Shown in pieces: positions 29,938 to 38,408 of a stretch of 64,000 bases of DNA (the first letter of the stretch is position 1; each line of letters starts with the position of its first letter). The DNA is from Myxococcota bacterium (lineage in GTDB: Bacteria; Myxococcota_A; SURF-8; G963663525). The DNA lies in contig CAXXVK010000067.1 in the NCBI GenBank assembly GCA_963676915.2, forward strand, positions 183,912-247,911, read 5' to 3'. The notes beneath the pieces were generated by a model that made no database searches, was not told the origin of the DNA, and worked only from the letters and a program-made list of their open reading frames with translations. Made by a program: the position numbers and the translations under genes.

Positions 29938-31145
29938 TCTTCGGCTATCCCATAGTTTTTTGTGTCGAAAATGTTCATCATCAAAGGAAGGTAACATTCC
30001 CAGAAAAAGCCACGTTGATCCGGGTAATGGTCGATCAGGCGCATGAAACGTTTATAATACAACGCCCATTCCATGTTGTACGGACCTTCGTCAACCTTGT
30101 TGTCCGAAAAATCCCCGGCAAAATAAATAGCCAGAGGTTTTTTTGTTGCGCGGATAATTGCGGGAAATTGATGGTAAATGTTGAATTTCTTTAGTTGTTC
30201 CTGGCCTTTATCCGTTACGAGCATATCGAAACGGGCTAAAACCTCCGAGCCTGGACGTGCATACACAATGTCGAACCAGTAGTAGAATGGAACGTCGGAA
30301 AGAACGTCTTTCATCAGTGGATCGTGCGGACGTACCACGGAAATCCGCATACCGCGAGGCTCGATGTCGATTTCTTCCTGAAGCACGAAGATACGGGTGT
30401 CCCAGTGGGTCATGAGGATTCCACGTCCTTCGAAATCCCATTCCTTTCCGTAATGCTTTTTGTAGTTGCGTCGTGCCCACTCGGGGATTTCGTCTTTATT
30501 GGACAGATCTTCGAAAAAACGCCCGGCCCAGCCGCTCCACTTGAGCCACAGCATTTTTTCAAGCATTCGCCTTGCTTTTCCATACGTAGGAGATGCGAAG
30601 GTGTTGAATTCAGCTATGAAATCACCGCCCCGGTCCACGAAATCCTTGATGGCTTTGACTTCTTTTTCCGTCATGCCACCGTAGATTTTTTCGCTGTAAT
30701 CCAGCGCGGTGAGGTCTTCGTCCTGTCCCTCAAGATCAAGCCGATATACACCGTAGGAATCCGCGATGAACAACAGATCCTTGTCTTCCAAATGCTCGGG
30801 GGTTAGGTCTTCTGTCTCCGCCTTGTCGTTTTCATCCACCCGTTCGGGATAGTAGCCGATGTAGTCGATGTAATCTTTCCATGGACGGCTACGTCCCGGA
30901 GGCGAGGTTTTCAGGTGATTCAACGTCCAGGTCAACGAGGAATGTTCACGATATTCGTCGTTCGGGACCGACTTGTCGATCACCAATATCCGGTTGGCCA
31001 AGTCGTCTTTCAGAAACCAGAAAACAAAGGGAACCGAAAGGAAAAACAAGAAAATCAATAAGGATGTCAGGCACCCTCTTCTTGCGCGGTTTCTTTCTTT
31101 TCTTTCTTTTCCTTCTCGAACCCTTTTCTGCTCATCGTTCCCCAT
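29934..31145 (-). CDS. Membrane-anchored periplasmic protein of the GT2 operon
   Basis: Single N-terminal TM; IDKSVP..YREH..W.LNH.K, ADSYGVY, AEFNTFASPT, WSGWAGRFF, YFAGDFS; overlaps neighbouring genes. Confidence 0.7.
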   Translation of the reverse strand: MGNDEQKRVREGKERKERNRARRGCLTSLLIFLFFLSVPFVFWFLKDDLANRILVIDKSVPNDEYREHSSLTWTLNHLKTSPPGRSRPWKDYIDYIGYYPERVDENDKAETEDLTPEHLEDKDLLFIADSYGVYRLDLEGQDEDLTALDYSEKIYGGMTEKEVKAIKDFVDRGGDFIAEFNTFASPTYGKARRMLEKMLWLKWSGWAGRFFEDLSNKDEIPEWARRNYKKHYGKEWDFEGRGILMTHWDTRIFVLQEEIDIEPRGMRISVVRPHDPLMKDVLSDVPFYYWFDIVYARPGSEVLARFDMLVTDKGQEQLKKFNIYHQFPAIIRATKKPLAIYFAGDFSDNKVDEGPYNMEWALYYKRFMRLIDHYPDQRGFFWECYLPLMMNIFDTKNYGIAEE

Positions 31146-32497
31146 GATTTTTCACCAGTAATGAACTTGAATAATCCTCGAAGTCTATAAAAGAGCGTGA
31201 TTTGTCGATAACCGAAATTTTCCAGCCAAGCCGCTAGAATCAACCCTGCACGCACTTTGGCTCCCTTGTAAATATTGAAGCTCAAGGCATCGAGAATGAT
31301 GCTTTGGAGCGACAACAAGAAGCCGCCGCAAATCGCTACGATGAAGAACAGCAGGGTGAAATTCACATCGACCCCGCCAAATAGAAGGATGTAAATGAAG
31401 TAGATATAGCCGAACAGTTCCACGACCGGGCCGAGGAATTCGAAAAAGAAGTAGATAGGAAAAACAACGAGGCCGATATTTCCATAGGCCGGGTTGAATA
31501 GCATTTCCTTGTGACGCATCATCGTATCGCTCAACCCACGGTGCCAACGATCACGTTGCTTACCCAAAATCTTTAAGGATTCGGGGGCTTCCGTGTAACA
31601 CACCGGGTCAGGAAGGAAAACGATGCGGTATTTTTCCTTCTTTTTGATCAGGCTTTTGTGTAAGCGCACCACAAGTTCCATATCTTCTCCGATGGAACCT
31701 TCCTGGTAAGCTCCTGCTTCTACGAGTTTGTCCCGTGCAAAAAGGCCGAAAGCACCTGAAATGATAAGGTTTCCTCCCAGGCGATTGTATCCCATACGCC
31801 CGAAAAGGAAGGCTCGCAGGTACTCGACGATTTGAAAGCGTGCCAGCCAGGATTTGGGAAGGGTGACTTCCTCGATAATGCCGTCTTTGACTTTGCAGCC
31901 ATTGGCCAGGCGGACTGTTCCACCCACGGCGATTACCTGGTCATCGTAATACAGGAACGGCTCGATCATGCGTAGCAGGGCCTTGCGGTCCAGGATAGTG
32001 TCCGAGTCCACGCAACAAACCAGCGGAGATCGTGCCGCATTGATACCGACGTTCAGTGCGTCGGCTTTGCCGCCGTTTTCTTTGTCTACAACGATCAGTC
32101 GGCTTTCCACCGACGAATGATAAATCATTTTAACCGGTTGCGTCTGTACATCTCGCCGAACAACCAGATCGGTCGGTACCAGTTCGAAGCGTTCTTTCAG
32201 TCGTTGCAGGGTTTCATCCGTACTACCGTCGTTGATCACGATCACGTTGAGGCTGGGATAAATCAACTGCATCAGTGCACGAACGGAATCGACGATACTG
32301 GCTTCCTCGTTGAAGGCTGGGACAAGAATCGAAATCGGCGGGCTGCTTTCCTGCGAAAGGAAAATATTGTCGAACTCAGGTAGACGACTGGCCATTCTCG
32401 CGACCAATTCGTAGACGGACAGGCTGATCAGCATGCCGTAAACGAAGTTGAGCGCAAGAAAATACAGTAATACAAGGGTATCGATATAGGCGGTCAT
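31067..32497 (-). CDS. Processive GT2 glycan synthase (PgaC/IcaA/chitin-hyaluronan synthase-like)
   Basis: VPAFNEE, NDGSTD, KENGGKADALN, VDSD, ISGAFG, GEDMEL and QRDRW motifs; N- and C-terminal TMs. Confidence 0.9.
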   Translation of the reverse strand: MTAYIDTLVLLYFLALNFVYGMLISLSVYELVARMASRLPEFDNIFLSQESSPPISILVPAFNEEASIVDSVRALMQLIYPSLNVIVINDGSTDETLQRLKERFELVPTDLVVRRDVQTQPVKMIYHSSVESRLIVVDKENGGKADALNVGINAARSPLVCCVDSDTILDRKALLRMIEPFLYYDDQVIAVGGTVRLANGCKVKDGIIEEVTLPKSWLARFQIVEYLRAFLFGRMGYNRLGGNLIISGAFGLFARDKLVEAGAYQEGSIGEDMELVVRLHKSLIKKKEKYRIVFLPDPVCYTEAPESLKILGKQRDRWHRGLSDTMMRHKEMLFNPAYGNIGLVVFPIYFFFEFLGPVVELFGYIYFIYILLFGGVDVNFTLLFFIVAICGGFLLSLQSIILDALSFNIYKGAKVRAGLILAAWLENFGYRQITLFYRLRGLFKFITGEKSWGTMSRKGFEKEKKEKKETAQEEGA

Positions 32498-33597
32498 TGG
32501 ACGGTATAACCTTCCCGGCGAATGAGAATATAGCGTTGCAACTCTTGTCTCGCCGTGTCGGCGGCAAAGGGATCTTTTCCGACGTATGCGGTTTTCTTGA
32601 GAATTTCGATGCCTTTTTCCCCCATCGAAGACAAGGCCGATGCGGCATTTTGACGAACCCAGAAGGATCTGTCGCCAAGGGCCGTTTCAAGGGCGCGGAA
32701 AGATTGCTCTTCTTTCCATTTCTTCAATACTCGAACCGCTTGGGCACGTACCTGCCATTCGGTGTCTTTGGCTAAAAACAGCAGCATGGGAAGGATATTA
32801 GAACCAGCCATTTCCCCTGCCGCGTTACAGGCTCCGATACGGATTTCGATCGAAGGATCGTTGGAAGCCACTCGCAACCATTTCACGCATTCTTCAGGAA
32901 CCATACGAGCAGACGCGACGAGAAGAATCCGCCGGATTCGTGGACAGACGATGCGATCCCAATAGGACATCAACTCCGTCATTTTGGGAATCGAGAGGTT
33001 GTGAATCACAGCGTAGAGAGGTTCTTCCATCAAGCGGCTTTTTAAAATCAGATCCTGAAGCATCATGAAAAGTTCTTCCGCCGTACCGATATGGCTGATG
33101 GCGTTCGCCGCCAAGATTCGAACGGGATAGCGGTCGTTTCGGCGATCCAGGATGATTTTTTTTTCTTTGTCCGTGGCGATAACTGCCAGTCGCCGCATGG
33201 CTTTGATTCGTCGATGCAGAAGGGAAGAACGGGAGTCGGCGATATCCGCTTCCAGTAATCCCAGGTAGCGATAGAGCCGTGCGACTTTTGTTTTGTAAAT
33301 GCCTGAAGTGGATGTGATGAAAGGTTCGATGAAACTTCGAATAACTTCCGTAGGATATTGAATCGCTTCATCAGCGAGCTGCTTGATGAGTTTGTCGTCT
33401 TCCAGTGCGGCGAAAAACTTTGCGCTGAGTTCGTTGTTGATTTTTTCTTCGAGGTGTTTCCTGTGCCGGTCTCGGATCGTGTGGATAATCAGCCAAAAGA
33501 TCGTGATGAGAATAATGGCAATCTCAACGAGGATCGCCGTGGCAAGCATACGATAAAGTGGGTCCGCCCAGATTCTCTCCAGAAGATCATAAAGCAA
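32494..33597 (-). CDS. Membrane-anchored HEAT-repeat protein
   Basis: N-terminal TM; repeats DPSIEIRIGA, DTEWQVRAQA, DRSFWVRQNAA; stop overlaps GT2 start. Confidence 0.8.
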   Translation of the reverse strand: MLYDLLERIWADPLYRMLATAILVEIAIILITIFWLIIHTIRDRHRKHLEEKINNELSAKFFAALEDDKLIKQLADEAIQYPTEVIRSFIEPFITSTSGIYKTKVARLYRYLGLLEADIADSRSSLLHRRIKAMRRLAVIATDKEKKIILDRRNDRYPVRILAANAISHIGTAEELFMMLQDLILKSRLMEEPLYAVIHNLSIPKMTELMSYWDRIVCPRIRRILLVASARMVPEECVKWLRVASNDPSIEIRIGACNAAGEMAGSNILPMLLFLAKDTEWQVRAQAVRVLKKWKEEQSFRALETALGDRSFWVRQNAASALSSMGEKGIEILKKTAYVGKDPFAADTARQELQRYILIRREGYTVQ

Positions 33598-33607
33598 ATT
33601 ACTTTCC

Positions 33608-35185
33608 TTACTGCTGGTGTTCCATGAACCGCTTCAAACGTGTAACGACGACTTCAGGATTGAACGGTTTTGGGATGAAATCGTCGGCTCCCATGGCAAA
33701 AGCCTGTTGCACAATGGTGTCCTGACTGTGCGCCGAGAGGATCACCACCTTGGCTTCGCCACGAGAACCGTTTTTTCCCATTTCCTTCAATACATCCAAC
33801 CCACTGCGAAACGGCATGTGAATATCCAAGATGATGAAGTGGAAACTGTCTTCCTTGAGGGCTTTTTCCGCTTCTTCTCCGTCGTTGGCGACTTTGACGA
33901 ACCACCCTTGCTGGCCAAAATGGAATTTGAGCAATTCAAGGATTGGAGGGTCGTCGTCCGCCACGAGAATTTTCACTGGACCTTTTTTAACTTCTACTTT
34001 TCTCTTTTGCTGAGCCATCAACACCGCTTTGGGAAGCCTGGGATTGGCTTTGGCTTCGGTAAGCGTGCGTTCGGTCGATTTCAAGTAGCGTTTCAATTCA
34101 ATGCGAGAGCGAACCCTCCCGATCAGTTCCTCTGGAATATAGGGGAGTAGAATGAAATCATCGGCTCCCGAAGTATAAATGGCTTGGCGCTGTTCGAACG
34201 AACCGTTTTCGCAAAGCAGTATCACGAGGATGTCTGAAAAATGCTTGTCGTTTTTCAGACGGTTCGTAAATTGATAAATATTCACTTCCCGATTTTTTAC
34301 ATTGGAGATAATCAGGTCCGGTGCGGTTTTCATCCACTGTCGCTTGAGTTGGTCGTAAGTGGTGAAAGCGTAAACTCGAATGTCTTCTTTTGTAAGATCC
34401 TGCTTGATCTGTTGGAGAAGGCTTTCGTTCGATTCAAGGAGGAAAACGATCCCACGGGAAGGGGCGAGTTCGAGTTGAAGTTGATTGACTAGCGTCGAAT
34501 AATCTTTGTAAGCGATATCTTGCGGTACAAATGATGTCGCTCCAGATTGCAGCATCTTGATGCGATCGATCATGCCGAGGTTTTCCACAATAACGATGAC
34601 GGGAACCTTGTAAGTTCGCTCATTTTGGCGAATTTGCTTGATTCGTTTGATGGTTTCCGCGTTTTTGGCTTCGTTGTCGATCGCTATCGCAATGTAGCTT
34701 CGGGTCGTGATGTATTCACTGAGTTGTTTTTCATTTTCGGCGATATCGCAAAGCTCTTTGACTTTTTCCGGAATTTTCAACAGAAACTCGAAGCTGGGAC
34801 GATTGGTGACAAACAACATGCGTCCCAAGGGAACGCCGGTTGGTTTGGGTTTTTCTCCAATACTATCCGCCAGGTCGCTACGCATTCCCTGTATGACTTC
34901 TTCGAGATGGTCGAGAAAATCTTTTTCTACCGGTTTGTTTTGCAAAATGTAGAGATTGCAACCCTCTTCGCCGCTTCGTGCCAGGCGGGACATGTTGGTA
35001 AAACCGTATGTTCCACCCGATCCCGCGATTTTATGAAATTCGTGCCTCAGTTGCTTGAGCGTGTCGAGATTGGCGGGATGTTGACGGAGTGTGTCCACGA
35101 TTTTGGCGATGTGGTCCAGTCGAACGATGGTTTCCTTGGCAAACTTGGTTTGGATGACCATCAGTTTTTCATCAACGGAACTCAT
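33608..35185 (-). CDS. Hpt + three receiver-domain regulator (two degenerate REC, one intact)
   Basis: HKIAGSGGTYG Hpt motif; GATSFV and GADDFI REC ends; final REC VADDD..ILDIHMP..GADDFIPKPF; no GGDEF motif. Confidence 0.8.
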   Translation of the reverse strand: MSSVDEKLMVIQTKFAKETIVRLDHIAKIVDTLRQHPANLDTLKQLRHEFHKIAGSGGTYGFTNMSRLARSGEEGCNLYILQNKPVEKDFLDHLEEVIQGMRSDLADSIGEKPKPTGVPLGRMLFVTNRPSFEFLLKIPEKVKELCDIAENEKQLSEYITTRSYIAIAIDNEAKNAETIKRIKQIRQNERTYKVPVIVIVENLGMIDRIKMLQSGATSFVPQDIAYKDYSTLVNQLQLELAPSRGIVFLLESNESLLQQIKQDLTKEDIRVYAFTTYDQLKRQWMKTAPDLIISNVKNREVNIYQFTNRLKNDKHFSDILVILLCENGSFEQRQAIYTSGADDFILLPYIPEELIGRVRSRIELKRYLKSTERTLTEAKANPRLPKAVLMAQQKRKVEVKKGPVKILVADDDPPILELLKFHFGQQGWFVKVANDGEEAEKALKEDSFHFIILDIHMPFRSGLDVLKEMGKNGSRGEAKVVILSAHSQDTIVQQAFAMGADDFIPKPFNPEVVVTRLKRFMEHQQ

Positions 35186-35742
35186 TGGTTTATGTGTCCC
35201 CTCAGATTAGAGAAAAGTACTCGTCGAGAAACGCTGTCGTTCGGTTTCAGCACTATTAGGCAGAAACCCCGTCTGTATCTGCCATAAACAACCATCTTGA
35301 TCAATAGCATTCACTATAATACTTGAAAATAAACCTTGAGGAAAGAAAAACTCTGAATCTTAAGAAAAAAGAAGGGGTTAGCTCATAAAGATTGTTAGAA
35401 AACTGTAAAAGCAAACGCGATCATGTAAAAAGTATATACATGACATGCATTACATGTTAAGATGGATGAGTGATTGGTGGAGAAGTAACGTAAATTGGCT
35501 AAAAGTCACATCGTTGCTTTTCTTTGGCTGAAATGTGCCGATTGATACCACGAGGCGGACGTTTAGATCGTATCGCTTCGTCGGGTCTTTTTATGTCGTA
35601 GTGGATTGCAGTTTTTTCCTTTCCACTGGCGACATCGTTCTTTCTCAATTTCCTATCCAGGTTCGGATTTCATCAATAGTTAAAGCAAGTTCGATATCGG
35701 ATTGCATGTTGGCATCAACCTCTAGCGAATGGGAAGTGTGTC

Positions 35743-37710
35743 ATGAAACACGAGATCAAGTTACACAAGCACCAAGTGGATTCCTTGGAAGAATACCAAA
35801 GGATGTATCGGCTGAGTGTGGACGACCCCGTCGGGTTCTGGCGAAAGCAGGCGGAGCGGTTGTCCTGGTTTCATCCCTTTCACACGGTTCGAGATATCGA
35901 CATGGATGAAATCGACTTCGGCTGGTATCTGGGTGGTCGTTTGAACGCTTGCTTCAATGCTGTTGATCGCCACATTGCTGAAAGAGGAGACAAGACCGCC
36001 ATTATCTGGGCGAAAGACGAGCCGGGAGAATACGAGAAAATCACTTACAGAAAACTGAAACACCAGGTTTCACGTGTCGCGAACGTCTTGCTGAAACACG
36101 GTGTTCGCAAAAACGACACGGTGGCTATCTATATGCCGATGATTCCTGAAGCCGTGTATACGATGCTTGCCTGTGCCCGCATCGGTGCGGCGCATACCGT
36201 TGTATTTGCAGGGTTTTCCGGGGAAGCCTTGCGAGAGCGGATTATCGACGCCAAGGCCAGCGTGCTGGTCACGGCCGATCAAGGATTGCGGGGCGGACGT
36301 AAAGTGCACCTCAAAGCCATCGCCAATCGTGCGGTGGAAGGACTGGGGATCGTGAAATGTATCCTCGTTGCCAAGCGCACCGGGGCCGATGTCGAAATGA
36401 GAGCGGGTCGCGATTACTGGCTGAACGAAGAAATGGACCGTGAACGATCCACCTGTCCCATCGAGTGGATGTCCAGTGAGGCTCCGTTATTTGTTTTGTA
36501 TACCAGTGGTTCGACCGGCAAACCTAAAGGTGTGTTGCATACAACGGGTGGATATCTGGTCTATGCTGCGACAACTCACCATTACGTCTTCGATCTCAAG
36601 CCCGACGACGTGTTTTTCTGCACGGCGGATATCGGTTGGATTACCGGTCACACTTATCTTGTGTACGGACCGCTTGTAAACGGCGCGACGACGGTATTGT
36701 TCGAATCCGTTCCGACATATCCCGATCCTGGGCGCTTTTGGCAGGTTGCACAAGATCTTGGGGTTACGACGCTGTATACCGCACCGACGGCGATTCGTTC
36801 TCTGGCCCGTGAATCGGATGAATACGTTACCAAGCACGATCTGTCTTCCCTGCGGATTCTCGGTACGGTAGGCGAGCCGATCAGTCCCGACGCATGGAAC
36901 TGGTTCCACGATGTCGTGGGCGGCGGAAGATGTTCTATCGTCGATACCTACTGGCAGACCGAAACCGGCGGCATCGTGATTGCTCCGTTGCCGGGAGCGG
37001 TGCCGGCCAAGCCAGGATCGGCGACGCTACCGTTTTTCGGGATTTCGCCTGTCGTCAAAGACGACGATGGTAACACGCTGGAAGGCAACGACATCGAAGG
37101 CAACCTGTGTTTCGGTCGAACCTGGCCGGGCCATGCTCGGACGATCTGGGGCGATCACAGCCGGTTCAAAGATACGTATTTCTCCCATTTCCCAGGGATT
37201 TACTTCACTGGTGACGGTTGCCGTCGGGACGAGGAAGGTTATTACTGGGTCACGGGACGTGTGGATGACGTGCTCAACGTGTCGGGTCATCGCATTGGTT
37301 CGGCGGAAATCGAGTTCGCGCTCAACGAGCACGACTGCGTAAGCGAGTCTGCCGTCGTCGGGTTCAATCACGAAATCAAAGGTACGGGAATTTATGCCTA
37401 CGTTCGTTTGACTGAAGACGCCTTGCAGGAAGACCGGGAAGAGGTGATCGGTGGGCTGAAACAGCAGGTTCGGCAGGTGATCGGACCTATTGCGACGCCG
37501 GATTACATCCAGATCGTACCGGATATCGTGAAAAACCGGTCAGGCAAGATGATGCGTCGCATTTTGCGCAAGGTGGCCATGAACAACTACACGGATTTCG
37601 GGGACATTTCCACGTTGCTTGATCCGAATGTCGTTGAGGATATTATCGAAGGTCATAAAGCGCTGATCGCCGAACGTGAAGCCTCTCAAAAGGGTAAGAA
37701 AACCGCGTAA
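35743..37710 (+). CDS. acs: Acetyl-CoA synthetase (AMP-forming)
   Basis: YTSGSTGKPKG, ADIGWITGH, GTVGEPI, DTYWQTETGG, GRVDDVLNVSGHR, RSGKMMRR. Confidence 0.95.
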   Translation: MKHEIKLHKHQVDSLEEYQRMYRLSVDDPVGFWRKQAERLSWFHPFHTVRDIDMDEIDFGWYLGGRLNACFNAVDRHIAERGDKTAIIWAKDEPGEYEKITYRKLKHQVSRVANVLLKHGVRKNDTVAIYMPMIPEAVYTMLACARIGAAHTVVFAGFSGEALRERIIDAKASVLVTADQGLRGGRKVHLKAIANRAVEGLGIVKCILVAKRTGADVEMRAGRDYWLNEEMDRERSTCPIEWMSSEAPLFVLYTSGSTGKPKGVLHTTGGYLVYAATTHHYVFDLKPDDVFFCTADIGWITGHTYLVYGPLVNGATTVLFESVPTYPDPGRFWQVAQDLGVTTLYTAPTAIRSLARESDEYVTKHDLSSLRILGTVGEPISPDAWNWFHDVVGGGRCSIVDTYWQTETGGIVIAPLPGAVPAKPGSATLPFFGISPVVKDDDGNTLEGNDIEGNLCFGRTWPGHARTIWGDHSRFKDTYFSHFPGIYFTGDGCRRDEEGYYWVTGRVDDVLNVSGHRIGSAEIEFALNEHDCVSESAVVGFNHEIKGTGIYAYVRLTEDALQEDREEVIGGLKQQVRQVIGPIATPDYIQIVPDIVKNRSGKMMRRILRKVAMNNYTDFGDISTLLDPNVVEDIIEGHKALIAEREASQKGKKTA

Positions 37711-37723
37711 TTACAGTAATTAT

Positions 37724-37750
37724 GGCTCTCCGCTTCAATTGCGGGGAGCC
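37724..37750. terminator. Hairpin between convergent acs and tlpA-like genes
   Basis: ggctctccgc-ttcaatt-gcggggagcc. Confidence 0.6.
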
Positions 37751-37751
37751 G

Positions 37752-38348
37752 TTAATTCTTTTGGTTCAATTCCGTCAGTCGTTCCAAATCGGCGGGCACA
37801 CTACTATTTAGCCAATCGGTTCCACCGATGATTTTCCTGCGGACAACGCCGGAAGCATCCAGTAGAAAGCTGGAGGGTAGGGCGTCTACACCCCAGTGCT
37901 GCATTGCTTCGCCGGATGGGTCGAACCATAATTTGTAACTGTGCGATTGGCCAAGGCTTCTGAAAACTTCCTCCTGGCTGGAATAGTCTACGGCGACCAC
38001 GACGGCAGCGACGGATTCGGGCAGTTGTCCGGCCATTCGTGCGAAAGGTTTCGATTCTTTCAGGCAGACACCGCACCAAGGCGCCCAGAACCGGACGATT
38101 GCCGGTTTCCCTTTCAAGTCGGAGATCTGTACCGTTTGCCCGCTAGCTTCTTTAAAGGCCGTATTCGGGGCCGGATGTCGCAAGTCGGGAGCGGAGGTGT
38201 TTTCAACCGGGCCGAGATCGAGATCCGTGGTTTTGTGGCGGGACATCGGCAAACTGGTTAACAAAACGTATGCCATGATAAACAGCGCCAAAGGTCGCCA
38301 CAGATCCAACAGTGACTTTTTGCGTTCTTTAGGTTCTTTTGGGTTCAT
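37752..38348 (-). CDS. TlpA/ResA-family thiol-disulfide oxidoreductase
   Basis: FWAPWCGVC, GVDALPSSFLLD, N-terminal TM anchor. Confidence 0.88.
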   Translation of the reverse strand: MNPKEPKERKKSLLDLWRPLALFIMAYVLLTSLPMSRHKTTDLDLGPVENTSAPDLRHPAPNTAFKEASGQTVQISDLKGKPAIVRFWAPWCGVCLKESKPFARMAGQLPESVAAVVVAVDYSSQEEVFRSLGQSHSYKLWFDPSGEAMQHWGVDALPSSFLLDASGVVRRKIIGGTDWLNSSVPADLERLTELNQKN

Positions 38349-38353
38349 TGTGT

Positions 38354-38381
38354 AAAAAAACGGGGCGCGAAATGCGCCCCG
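38354..38381 (-). terminator. Rho-independent terminator after prkA
   Basis: cggggcgc-gaaat-gcgccccg; A7 on the plus strand gives a U-tail on minus. Confidence 0.7.
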
Positions 38382-38408
38382 CTGTGTTGTGGTAAAAAAG
38401 CTGTTGAA

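Noticed and set aside
35524-35727. TGGC-containing candidates for a sigma-54 promoter upstream of acs
   Set aside because: GG-to-GC spacing is 9 or 12 nt rather than the required 10.
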